DNA from: Ophelia neglecta
Lineage: Eukaryota
Length of the DNA: 64,000 bases
NCBI GenBank assembly: GCA_965285935.1
Contig: OZ260662.1
Coordinates: 88,784,001 to 88,848,000 of the forward strand
Direction: 5' to 3'
Part shown: in pieces, positions 11,137 through 23,110 of the stretch
How positions within the stretch are numbered: position 1 is the stretch's first letter
Layout: each line of letters begins with the position of its first letter
The notes under the pieces: generated by a model
Database searches by the model: none
The model's input: only the letters and a program-made list of their open reading frames with translations
Told to the model about the DNA's origin: nothing
Made by a program: the position numbers and the translations under genes

Positions 11137-14100
11137 CTGTAAAAAAAAAAATTACGTCTGTTTGGCTTATGTCAATTAGATGCAATTTTTTTTCATTTTA
11201 GTTTTGCAGATAATTGACAAATATAAGACACATTTTCTGTCTATGTTATGGACAACAAAATTTACGTGGCGTTTGAAAACAGGCACACATGTGCCATTAG
11301 CTATTGAAGACGTTGACTATTTATCGAGGTCTATGCTCGCCTTTACGAAACCTAATATGAGATAATAGGACAACTTACTCTCCGAGACTGGGCCCCAGGC
11401 ATATAGTTGGAACCAGTCATTATTCAGATCAACGCTGTACTGGTCGTTTGATACTTTGAGAGGGCGATCAAACCTACAGGAAATTCGTCCATTGTGTCCA
11501 ATATGGGATTGGTGGTTGTAGAGAGGATTGTCCGGCTTTAGGTTAGGGGTTCTTCCGGCAAAATCTATGAAGTAGTGTCGTACCTCTACTGTGTTTCCTG
11601 TCCGAACACACATGAATACATCGTCACCTCCCTGAAAGAACAGTTGAAAACATAGAGACTGTGTTTGTAAACTATAGGTGGCAAAGGGAGTCATAACATT
11701 ATGCTTTAAATGGGCGAATTAAGCATGAATTGATGATGAAAACTGGAAAAAACTAATGAAATCTGTTATTTCAATAGCCACGCTATTTATTGTATAATAC
11801 AATTGTAAGATTTCAAAGAAAATGGACTTCAGCGGCAACTGACAAGTAATTGATACAGATCTATTTCAAGCGTTCAGCCGAAACATACTAAACCTGGTAA
11901 TGCATGATGGCTTTCTATTCGAAGTTCAGTCTATTAAATAATGAAGAAACACATCGATCAAAACTGGAAGGTCATTTAGCCCGACTTGGAAGCTAACCTA
12001 GATAGTGGGAGCTCTCCTTGCTCTCCTAGCAACGTATAACGATGTAATGAAAAATGAGGTCATCATTAACTATTGTTTGGAGACTTCGAGATTCCTATTT
12101 CGTGTTTCCAGGTGAGATAAATGTCCTTAAGCTTCGAATATGACACGAATTCAATAAATAACGCAAACAATTAAGGCTATGATAACAGTATTGTGTTGTG
12201 CGCGTTACCTTACCTTGAAAAAGTAATAGGGAGTGGACAATGAATTGGTTGCTCAGATTTTTCGGTTGATTAGAAACATCTCTAAATGCAATTTAACCTG
12301 CATTGGTTAGGTAGCAGAGGACAAAAACAGAGTGGATACCTGACAGACAACGCAAAATCATAAAAGAAGAAGGATCAATCAAATCGTTCCGAAATTACTA
12401 GAAACCGTGAGCTTCAGGTTCACATATTTCTTTGGTATTGTGTTTATTGAGCCAATTTCACCACAAGTCCATAAAATTATCACAAAGGTAAATCCAACAT
12501 AGATTCTATTAGGTCGCATTTCATCTCTCGCCTAGGTTAAACTGGTTTCTTGTGATTTCGATGTAATTGACTGTTCTTGAATAATGATGTTATCTTGACT
12601 ACCTGGTATCCACTCCGTTGTTTATCTTTAGTCGGTTTACCCCACTTTTATGTGAACACTTCCAATCCACTGAAAACTAGTTTGTTTTATTCATATAGCT
12701 TAAATATAGCCATTGACTACTTTCTGTCTCCTTCAAAAACAAACAGCACCGCTACAACGTAATATTATGATCAATTGCAAACATTCTATTTGCGCTATTT
12801 GCCTTCCTGTCGGATGGGCCAATGTTCGCCAAATATGACAACATTGTTGTTGTTCGTCCTGAGAGAACTGTTTCCTTTAATTCTTTGGGTATACCTACTT
12901 TTCAGGAATGGTTTAAACAAATGTTGTATCCAGCCCTTTACGGATTATAGTTACCATTTGGTCATCCGAAGAAAAGCCTATTGCAACCCAACCAGCGACC
13001 GCAGTCATTTCAAAATGTGCTACGTTTCCCTCTCGTTTGAAAGTGACAAGGTACTGGCAAGTATCATAAACGCAATCCTCTTCCTGTTTAGTTTGCGTAT
13101 ACCTAGAATAAACGATCTCATTAGTTTTGACACCAACAAGCCTTAGTTGGGAAGGCAGTATACTACTTTGTTTATTGATAGCGATTTTTGAAAGATATAC
13201 ATTCGAATGTATTAAATTCCATAATACGGGTTTTTTTATATATCATTTCAATAAGTACGCTTTGGAGAAATTGATTTCAGTTTCGTAAGCGAAGACTCTT
13301 ACCTGAAACAACCTTTAGTCTTGCCACATGCGGCCACATCTATCGCTGCGAATCCTAAACAAAAGGAAAATGGCTTGATGAATGAACATTTAAATTAAGC
13401 CATATATACCTAGCAGGTAGGATCGTGATTGTTTATTGGGGAGGTTATTTCTTTCAGTTGTTCTTATTGTTACTTTTTCGATCTAACCACTGATAACTGA
13501 AGTGCAACATTAACATCTGGTTGACAAAACGGAAAACAAAACACAATCTGGACAGAATACCATGAAGGGGTTAACTGTATTGTTATCAATTCATTTATCA
13601 TTTCGCACACTTGTGATCACACACAAAATCAATACCCTATGACGTAGAAACGTCACCAGTTGATGCGATCACAAAGAAATAATATGTCCACGTATTCCAT
13701 CAATTCTTTTTTCAATTTTTTAATAAAATAGCGAATGATATGCAATGTAACCTGTTAAGTTTATGTGCTTTTGACGACAGCAAGGTCTACCTTATTATAC
13801 AATAGTTAATAAACGTAAACCTACCTTTACGGAAACTATCTGATTGAATGTTTTCCCAGAAGGTGTTTTCATTTTTGAATATGGTGCCTCTGTAAATAAT
13901 TGAAGGTTATGTGTGTTGTAAAATTTCTGTTCTTGGTTAAAAAGATAACTGTAAGAAGTATGCTTTCCGAGCATATCATTTTTAAAATAATTAATAGGAC
14001 CAGGAATATCAAATTTAGAAATGAAAGCAGTTTACAATAGATTATTAAATCCTAAAGTTCTACACAATGATGATACAAACGTGCACATCGCCATGAGTTT

Positions 14101-14357
14101 TGCAGCAAATATTTGAAAAGATATTGCTTACATAAACTGTACCGATCCAGAATCTTCGTCCGGAGGGAGCCAGGTAAAGGTTCTCTGGTTGGTGTCTACT
14201 CCTTCTGTGTACCAACCGACTAATGTGTCATTGATTGCGTCACAGCTATATGGCCTTGCATCGGACGGAGGCATAAAGTTACCCACAATATCCATCGTCC
14301 CCAACCGCCGAGCTTGCAGGGTAAACCCTTGAATTGGTATTGGCCCCGCGATAGTCA
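10952..14357 (-). CDS. Spliced gene for a Reeler + DOMON domain protein with a C-terminal hydrophobic (GPI/TM) tail; FRRS1/FRRS1L-related; 5'-partial
   Basis: Six exons (14132-14357, 13825-13889, 13303-13354, 12955-13102, 11379-11631, 10952-11136) with AG/GT boundaries. Phases 1-2-1-2-0-1 join into one ~308-aa frame ending at TGA 10952-10954. Confidence 0.9.
11379..11631 (-). CDS. Reeler-DOMON gene exon: C-terminal half of DOMON
   Basis: GGDDVFMCV...NGRISCRFDRPL...DLNNDWFQLYAWGPVSE is an FRRS1L-like DOMON sequence. Acceptor tttcag, donor gtaagt. Confidence 0.93.
12318..12410 (-). repeat. Interspersed repeat family A, 3' block (intronic)
   Basis: Reverse complement ggtttctagtaatttcggaacgatttgattg...atgattttgcgttgtctgtcaggtatccactctgttttt matches the family consensus. 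Confidence 0.7.
12540..12630 (+). repeat. Interspersed repeat family A, 3' block (intronic, inverted relative to 12318-12410)
   Basis: ctggtttcttgtgatttcg...ttgactgttcttgaataatgatg...cctggtatccactccgttgttt. Confidence 0.7.
12955..13102 (-). CDS. Reeler-DOMON gene exon: N-terminal half of DOMON
   Basis: YTQTKQEEDCVYDTCQYLVTFKREGNVAHFEMTAVAGWVAIGFSSDDQM contains the DOMON WVAIGFS.D..M motif (heme-ligand Met). Acceptor ttctag, donor gtaact. Confidence 0.92.
13303..13354 (-). CDS. Reeler-DOMON gene exon: CGxTKGC linker
   Basis: (G)FAAIDVAACGKTKGCF(R); CGxTKGC typically precedes the DOMON domain in FRRS1/FRRS1L. Acceptor gtttag, donor gtaaga. Confidence 0.9.
13825..13889 (-). CDS. Reeler-DOMON gene exon: end of the Reeler domain
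   Basis: (I)GTIFKNENTFWENIQSDSFRK matches the Reeler C-terminal T......FW..I.S pattern. Acceptor ttacag, donor gtaggt; a nearby same-phase donor is also possible. Confidence 0.85.
14132..14357 (-). CDS. Reeler-DOMON gene exon: Reeler domain core
   Basis: (V)TIAGPIPIQGFTLQARRLGTMDIVGNFMPP...SC...FTWLPPDEDSGSVQF contains the Reeler motifs GFxLQAR, VGxF and FTWxPP..G.VxF. Acceptor tttcag, donor gtaagc. Confidence 0.92.
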
Positions 14358-15439
14358 CTGAAACAAAAGGATGCGCAACTTAATTCTAAATACACACAAT
14401 TATCATGATGTGTACTGTATTTACCTGCATATGGTGTTTCTATATCGACACTTACAATTCGAAATTTCCTTCCACCAAATATCATGTCTTCCATCACACA
14501 TTGCAAACCCGTACATATTTTGATAGCATAGCCGAAAGTCATATTTTCCATCCGACTTTTAGACCGCGATGTTTCAAAAGCCATTATATTCTTCTGATTG
14601 AACCCATGGACAATAAAAGTGTTTTTGATAATGTTTTTGAGTTATTCAGTTCGTATGTTCCAACTAATGGCAAACACTTTCCATGTCCAGGATCTTTTTC
14701 ACAGTGGGGACTGAATTGCCAAAAGACTGTTTAATCCTTAAGTATGCGGAGTATATGTGCCCCAATTTTAATAACTATCAGAGGTTATTCATGAATGCAC
14801 AACGAACTTCAAGACATAATGGTAAGCGGAACATAAATATACAAATATTGACCTGGGTCGACCAACTTGGATGCCGTCCGTTTTGGTTACTGGTATTAAC
14901 TATGCATATGTTAATGTTTCCCCATATTTCAAAAGTCACCCATGAACAGCACGAAGTGGTTTGGCATTTATCCGTCGAGTGCTTGCCGCCGAGGCATTAC
15001 TAGTCAATTATGTTACGTATTTTGCGCATTTGTAGCAAATTGGTTATAACGACCACTTTGCGCTCATAACCCTGGTGCCTTTTAAAGAAAGACATACAAA
15101 ATCCCCCCTGCAGGAAAACAAAATAACATAGTATGCAACCTGATCTTGGCCAGGTGCACAATTCTGCTTGCAATATATTTTATATATTGGTCAATATGAC
15201 AATATGGAAAGTTTTGAAATAATCCAATGAACCCTAAAATTAGCCAAAAGCTAAAAATTTCAATTTTAATATTGTGTTCGTCGTGGTTGATTAAGCTAAA
15301 AATGATACAGTCCATAGCCGGCACACTAAGAAAATCAGGAATTCTCCATTAAAACATTCCGTATCCTTCATCAATCTCCTGCTAATGGGAACTTATAAAT
15401 GTAAAGTAAATAACATTGCGAAATTATTACTGTCACCAC

Positions 15440-15560
15440 TTACGATGAGGAGTAGTAAACTGTTTAATATGAGTAAGACCCCAAAACAAACCAGCCAGTG
15501 GTCAACGTAGGAACAAAGATTGAATATGCCATAGAAGTGTACATGGATTTGTATCAGCGA
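15440..15560 (-). repeat. Interspersed repeat family A, 5' block
   Basis: Reverse complement tgttcctacgttgaccactggctggtttgttttggggtc matches the copy at 52130-52170. Confidence 0.65.
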
Positions 15561-15809
15561 GGCCTGGCCAAAGAAGAAAGCTAAGGGTTATTGCAATCTG
15601 AAGAGGTAAATAGTAGTAGAGCTCCAAGATAGCGCAATTAAATATTAAATTTGTAAACTAGTCATGCTTCTATTTAACTTCACACGTTAATATAGAGATA
15701 TGGAGATTAACATACCAAGAGCCGCACTCTGATCAAGTAGGTTAAACTGTCTTTTGTATAACAAATTATAATAACTAAAATCTGGATTTCTTTTCTTTGT
15801 GGTAGAATA

Positions 15810-16130
15810 ATCGGGAGCGAATACCCGGTATACAAATAAAATTACATACGAGAACAATCAATTAAATCGGACAGAAATGATTAGGAGCCCTTAGCACCAA
15901 GCCCAGAAACATCCATCCCCAGTTTCGTAAACGTGTACAAGCATGTGATGAATTCATTATAACAAAAATAAAATTTGGTGTAATGAGTTGGATGCAATGA
16001 GTCAACAGTCAACAGCAGTCCATGATGCGAGTCAGAGCAAATAAAAACGAGTCAATTGTTAACATAGGACAGAGAAGGAATGCCCTAGGAGAATTTAGGA
16101 TTAACTAGTCGTAAAAGTGAGACTTAAGTT
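15810..16130 (-). repeat. Interspersed repeat family A, near-complete copy
   Basis: Reverse complement has both blocks: ctctgtcctatgttaacaattgactcgttt...ctctgactcgcatcatggac and gtccgatttaattgattgttctcg...ccgggtattcgctcccg. Confidence 0.75.
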
Positions 16131-18629
16131 GAATTTGTCTCAATAAACACAGAAGGGTGCACATGGTTCGTGCGACCACTAAAGAGAATGCCTTGATATC
16201 TCCTTATTAATGCAATAAAATGCAAATTATGGAAATTGCACCAGCCAGGACTTTTATGGAGACCGAACATTTGCAAAATAGAATGTTATTATGCAGATTC
16301 ATAAGGCCCCTAGCACTAAGATGAAAGGAATTGATCACTTATATATGTTTGATAGAATTCTTTAAATGATTCCATAGTTCTAGCTCACTGCGTTTGCTGT
16401 ACCGATGAAATGATGATTTATGTATATTTTAATGTGGCAAATAACTGTTTAACCTCCAAAGTTCATTGACTGAATCAGTAATGGGACACCCAAGTTACGT
16501 GTCTCCATAGTCTCACCAATGCAGTATATTCAGAAAATTGGCATATTGCTGTCAAGAAGAGAAGCTTAACTTGAAAGTTTGAAAAAACCTCTTTTGTCAC
16601 AAAGACGTAAATATGCTTTTTCCGTCTGCAAGAAAAATATATCCAAATAAAGACAATCATTGGGGATGTCAGGAGTACACTACACACGCAAACTAAATAG
16701 ATATATTACTAACACATTGTCCGAAGTATTTGTTATTAAAGCAATATAAATCATCCGTTTACCTAAATATTCTGGTCATTCTTGATTAAGTAAATTTTGA
16801 ATTCATAGTATTGAGTGAATTGATTAAAATCTGCGACCAAAGAACACAATTGATCCTCATCAGTATGACGAACCACTTGACCGACCACCTGAACACTCTC
16901 GTAACCGATGAAGTAGTAAGTCAAAAGTAGGCCAATACCACATGGGTTTGACACCTGTATTACCAATAACTACAATTGATACTTTCCCCCTTTTTATAAC
17001 ACCCTGAAAATCCCCAATAAACATTGCTGACAGATTTTTGAAGTGCATTATTGGGGCCCTGTTATGAATCGGCGGTTTTATTCATGGGCTCTTTCAAGTG
17101 CTGTACTGTCTTTATATAATTTGTTCATACACTGATAACCCTTAGATAACATCCGGTTTCGGTGTTTGGATACATTCACTATTGTTAAAGGAAATGTATA
17201 ATTCTCCAGTCAGATATTAAATTATACACATTGTTAGTATTTGTAGTGAAATGCAATTACTAGTTCATTGCTGCATCATTAAGAACTGGACTCCGAGGTT
17301 GATCAATCATGTAATGCAAGTTATTTTATACATTTATGTACATCATAGTTTTTAGCTTCAAACCAATCCAACATCATAATTCGTCTGACCTTTAATATAA
17401 TAAAGCAGTCTATTTTCCATACGACCTTGTGTAATTTGGACTCTTTAAAATAGATTCTTAATATTGATGAATGTTTGTGAAATATCTCAGAGGCAACACA
17501 TTTTAAGTAGCCCACAAACTAGTCTATGAAGTAATAAATATGGTCTATAATAAACAGTGGATGAGATGACACGAAAAAAAGTTGAGGGATGGATTTTGTA
17601 TGACAGAGCACTTACTAGATTGTTATATTTACCAAAAGAGGCAATGGTCGTGTTTACGAAGCAGGACTCTATGGTTATTTTTATTCCTTTCAGATATCTT
17701 TGGTATCGCTTATGATAGCTGAGGAGAATTGCAACGCATATCCGGCTTCTTTGTGTGCCCGCCCGAGATATATTGCCCACTACCCTTACACTGTCGTTTC
17801 GACCATATGTGAAGGTGGTCTCTATTTCCCACATCCAAATAGGCTCTTTCCTGAGAATCGTCTGATGGAAGAAACGATTGCCTTTCAATATGTTTATGTA
17901 TGTTCTCAATGATCGGAATAATCGTGTGATGATAATCTTTGGCAAAGTGACTGGAAAACTATACATGAGAAATAATGTAACGAACAACATCAACACATTG
18001 ACGGACACTTATTGCCACATTAATATCATAGTAAACTATCGAATAACATGTTGGTGAGCCGACAACAACAGGCTAACTGTCGCAAATTGACAAATTATCT
18101 TGTTAAAGGAAGAGAAATGGGTCTCTCCAGAGCAGAGGCAGTAATTACACTAATGGAACATTCTTTATTGATATTGACTCAATACATATTTGATGTGCTT
18201 CGGGAGCACACCTTGCAAATTTCTGTAAAGCTATCAACGGTCCTGGTGTTTGAAATATAAGATATATATATATATATAATGTATAATAAACAAAGACTGC
18301 GCATTTACTGGCTATTCAACACTGCGCCTGTTGATGGCGGAAATTAAGTACTTCCCCATTAAGGGTGGACAAGCAGACTGTAGCCCGTCTCAGTCTTTCT
18401 AATTGGGTCTCCTATGAGTTTCCATCGCGTCTGATAAATAGTTGATGCTGCAGCCAGGCTGCTAAGGGTGTCTTCCACGGTCTTCCATTGTTGGGACATT
18501 GCAATATTCTGCTCCGCTGCGATACTTGTGGTACACAGAATAATCCCAGGGCGCTTGAAGAAAGTACGACATTGTGTCGGCGAACTGTACATGATCAGTT
18601 AATTGTCACATCGAGAACACAAAGGCATG

Positions 18630-19050
18630 CAATTCAATTCAAATAATTCATTCAATTGAATTCAATAAATTCTATTTCTAGATATGGAGGTGTACATTAA
18701 TTTACAGAAAGATGATTAATGAAAGTTCCTTAAATCTGGGCAATGGGGAAGAGATCCTGCATAGGATATATGCACCTCATTAGTTAAAACAAAAAATGAA
18801 TGTGTCAGGTGCAAAAGCTAAAATCAAATAAATAAATCAAAGAGCACCTCCGAATATTTAACAACACTAGTTCAGCATTAATATATAACAACCAGGACAA
18901 TGACAATAAATATATAACACATTATATGAAAAAAGAAAGAAAAAATACTTGTCACTACACATTTTGTAGTCATTTCTACCAATTAATACTCCGTCAGGTG
19001 AATTCCAAAAGTGTGTGCCTTTCTTTTGCAAAAAACCGACCATCCAGTGG
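18630..19050 (-). mobile_element. Probable 3' end of a CR1-group LINE with a (TTGAA)n tail
   Basis: Remnant KGTHFWNS (compare G..LWN.LP), an AT-rich 3' UTR and a degenerate ttgaa/aattc tandem tail at about 18630-18665. Confidence 0.5.
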
Positions 19051-22000
19051 GTTCATTACAATTCTTCGGCTTTCAGTGAAATGCCAGGGGTAGAGGTTGA
19101 CGCAATATGGAGTCTGATGCCGTTAGCAGAATAAAAAACATGATGCAAAACGGCCGAGTCCTATAACTTACTAAGTCTGCTCTTAAATATATTTTTATAT
19201 AGCATAATATTGAGTCTTAAGGTGGGGCGAACTAATCTGCAGCTCAATTGCGTAACATTTAAGAATTCTTCAGATTTCCATCTAATTTATAACATACCTT
19301 TGATAATTTAACACATCCTTTTTACGCGTTGACCCTTGTTTTAGTTTTTTAACTGATATGAAAAGATGAAGCCGAAAAATGAAACTTTTTTCCCTTTTTC
19401 CACAAGTGTCAGCAGCACTGTCAATAAAAAGATATCTGTGAAAAGATCAGATTGTCCTTTAAAAGTGTAGTTCTCCCCTGAAGCTCTTCATCCATCTAAC
19501 AACACTCTAACACTCTGCTTTGAATGCAGATTATCGTAAAATTCTTTTTGTCTACTTAATATTCTTCATAAACGATTTATCATTACAATCGTTAGGATGT
19601 TGGGTTCATGAGTCATAGCAGTAAACAAGTGGATATCAAAAATGTTCCTATATGCAGTGCCTGCCTACTACTTGACAACTTATCAACAATTTATTATTTC
19701 AATTAATCAGACTTACTTTGAACCATCCTTGGACCGATTTAATGAGTATATTTTTATTTTATTCGCGTATATCTTATTGAAAGAAAATCTTTGACATGCA
19801 TCTGATTTAATTCCTCGACCGTCACTTTGATATTTGCAACATTTATTATCTAATGTTATGGGGGTGTCAGTTGAAGAAATATGTTACTAATTGACTAATT
19901 TCCTCCGCAGGGCACACTGATTCCTAATACGTTCTGCTATAATGAAATAACAGATTGCCTTTTTGCCACTGACGCTTACCAAGGTTTTTGTTTGATAAAT
20001 TTACATTTAGTTCTACCCTTGAACATAATCTTGATACATCTATATGTTTTAATTGCCTGTCTCTAATAAAGGAAATTGATAATTGGCATTTTTGTTGGAT
20101 TCGTAAATTCCGAGACGGTTAAAGACTTAAGTACGCTTCGAAAACAAAGTTGTTCTCCAAGGCTCTAAGTAGCCACATACATCGCTTATGCCGGACCGAA
20201 TCAATCGCAATTAAACGTGCTGAAATTCGATAATGGCAAAGACTAGACAGCTTTCCACGTGAAGTTTGTCATAAACATACTCGTTAGTGCCTAATGCCGT
20301 TCATTGGATAACAGATTACCTTTTATGTAGCAGTTTAGTTTGAATGGAAGTCGTTGAATAATTGATACTGACGACCTTAGATTGCAAAGCACTCAGACCG
20401 AGCTATTCTTGCTGTTTAGTATGTACCGAATCGTTCTTTAGATACATGACAGTGATCATATGCAATCTAGAGGCTAAAACGGTCCATGCTAGCACTACAA
20501 TATAATCTGCTAAGTCATTGACACTAGGATTAGGATACAATTCGTGCACTCCCTTCGGCCTTTTCCTTGGTGGCAATTGCAAAACGTCCTTATAATTATC
20601 GAAGTCACCCTGAAAGCATTGCTAGACCGTGGGATCTTGCAAAACTGTCGTTGTTATGGAAAACAAGACTTGGGTTTTGTGTCCAGTAATGCATTACATG
20701 GTCCCTAACAGGTAGCACTTTTAAGAAACTTTATCTATTCCGCCACTTTTAGAATGCCAAAAGTCATGTAATGGATTTCAATTTCCCTGTTCACTGTTAA
20801 ATCTCATCATCAACATATTTTTCGGCCGCAGAAAAGTCATTTGAATCAACGGTAACATGAATCAAAACCAGAAATTTAGAAACCTCCATCCTTTTATTTT
20901 ATATAGTACAAGTATAGAGGGTTAATGGTTATGGATCAATACAACCAAGCATTTTCGAGTGTGTACCACAGTAGTCCGCTCAAGGTTTTTCTTACCCAAA
21001 TAATTTCGAATCCAATCGAGGGTGACCACTCTTATGCCATACCTTTCATGTTAAAGGAATACAATATTGTGGTTGACTGCATTAAAGAATTTTGCAATGC
21101 CTAGGATTGGGAGGTTGTTGGAAAAGAATATCCTATTCTTCTTTAAATATTGCGATTAATCTAGCTATTCAAAACATGATTTTGATAATTTTTAATAAAT
21201 GATGAGATGAAACAAATAGCTCAAATTATTTGATGATATTAGGTAATAATGATGAATATTTGCCTATGGAACTATTGTTAAAAAATCCGAGTACTGTTCA
21301 CCCTATTTATTATTATTTATTGAGTTTCCTCCACATTCTGGAGGGTAAAATAATACAGCCATGAGAACAAAGCGTATATACACTGTAATAAGTAAGAAAG
21401 TAGTAGTTATAGATATTATTGTCACACACATTACATAGTGTGTTTACCGTTTACGAACATTAATGCAAATAACTGGTATAATGAATAGATAAATAGTGGT
21501 AAGGGAATGCATTGTCACACACCTTTCACCATCATGCATCCGCTTGAAAACATTAATACACATACTAAATAATAAGCAGTAATAAGTAAAATCCTTAACA
21601 CACTCATTACAGTCGCGTGTCTTCTAAACATTACACATCACATTGCGTGATGATTATGAGAGACAACTGATTGCCTTTTATTTCTGCTTAGCAGCTGTTG
21701 GTTTTTAGAAAAGTTTATTTCCTTAACGTGTTCTGAATGTTACATAACTTGAACAAGTCCAATTCACCATTTAACACAAGAATGCCCTTTTGTACCTACT
21801 TACGGCATGTTATATATCACAGTTTGTGTTAGTTTTGTTGGACATGCCATGAACCAAATCATTACATTATATGACATTAAAACACACATATCGTCGGTTG
21901 AAAAAATCAGGAGAAAACTTATGCTTTATGCGTTGCAATAAAGCCGTGTGAAACATCGATAATGAGCATATGAAGGTTGTTGCTAATGTCCCATTTTATT

Positions 22001-22869
22001 CCATACACATCTATCCCCTATTCCTTAATTTCATTAGGCTTGTATAAAATTAATGATTCACAACAAAAATGGAGATCGGAGATCACTCCTTTCTTGAAGG
22101 TAAATGAAAGCTTTTCCAGCCATTGAAAGCATGTGCACTTCACATGGCTCAAAATCTATGCAAACTATAGCGATGTAAAACGCTGTTATATCGAAAGAAG
22201 CAAAATTAATACAATATTCGTACTAATGTTATGATGTTAAGTATAGAGTGGAAATTTAAGTTGGTTATAACATAGTTTTATACAGTGCCAAGATGTAGAT
22301 AAAAATAGAGCAGGTAACACAATGTTGGCCAATCAATGAAGTTCTATCTAGAAGGTTCGAGTTCCGTTCATTTTAAAATTCAAGTCCTTACAGGTACAAA
22401 GACAATTTTAACCTAGTCTCTAGACCATGTTGTGAATTCCATGGCACCAGTCTGATGGTGACCTTGCCTCAAGTGTGGGACATTGTAAACTTAAACATTT
22501 CGCCCCATCAAAACACATCCCTTGAGAACTGGAATGTTATAAGAGATTCCACCAGGCTTAGTGAGAGTCAATATTCAAACGATCACTCTTTTTCGGAATG
22601 TTCGTGCGTGATACATTCCGCTTATCTTAGGACTAGAGGCCGTGTGTTTTGCTTCATACTGTTATCACATCGTATGTTGCAGATGCACGTTTGTAATCAC
22701 AATAAAAGTGTGAATGGTTCACATTTTATAGTGTCTACTATATTGCATTTTCAAAGAGATTTAATAAACTTTTCCGTTTTAGTATGCACGAACTTTCTAC
22801 ACCCCTATTTGGTCATGTATTTATACAAACAATTACATATATAGTCTCTTAATTTATGGGAGATAATAG

Positions 22870-23110
22870 AAACCACATTAGATTCTCCTGGGGCCAATTT
22901 TAATCTCTATGCTACGCTCCCACTGACTCGTTATTGTGTGTGCTCTAACTCGAATCATGGACAACTAAGTTCATTTGCTGTTTGGACACTGCCAGTAGAT
23001 TTATGTGGGGCTGTGGCTGCTGCTTCATGATGATTTTGGACCGTCTCAATGGACTATTTTCGATTACTGATTTCGCATTTTCAGCCCGGAATCTACTCTT
23101 ATTGTTCCCC
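22870..23110 (+). repeat. Interspersed repeat family A copy
   Basis: ccactgactcgtt...ctcgaatcatggacaact...ggctgctgcttcatgatgattttggaccg...aatggactattttcgattactgattt. Confidence 0.8.
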
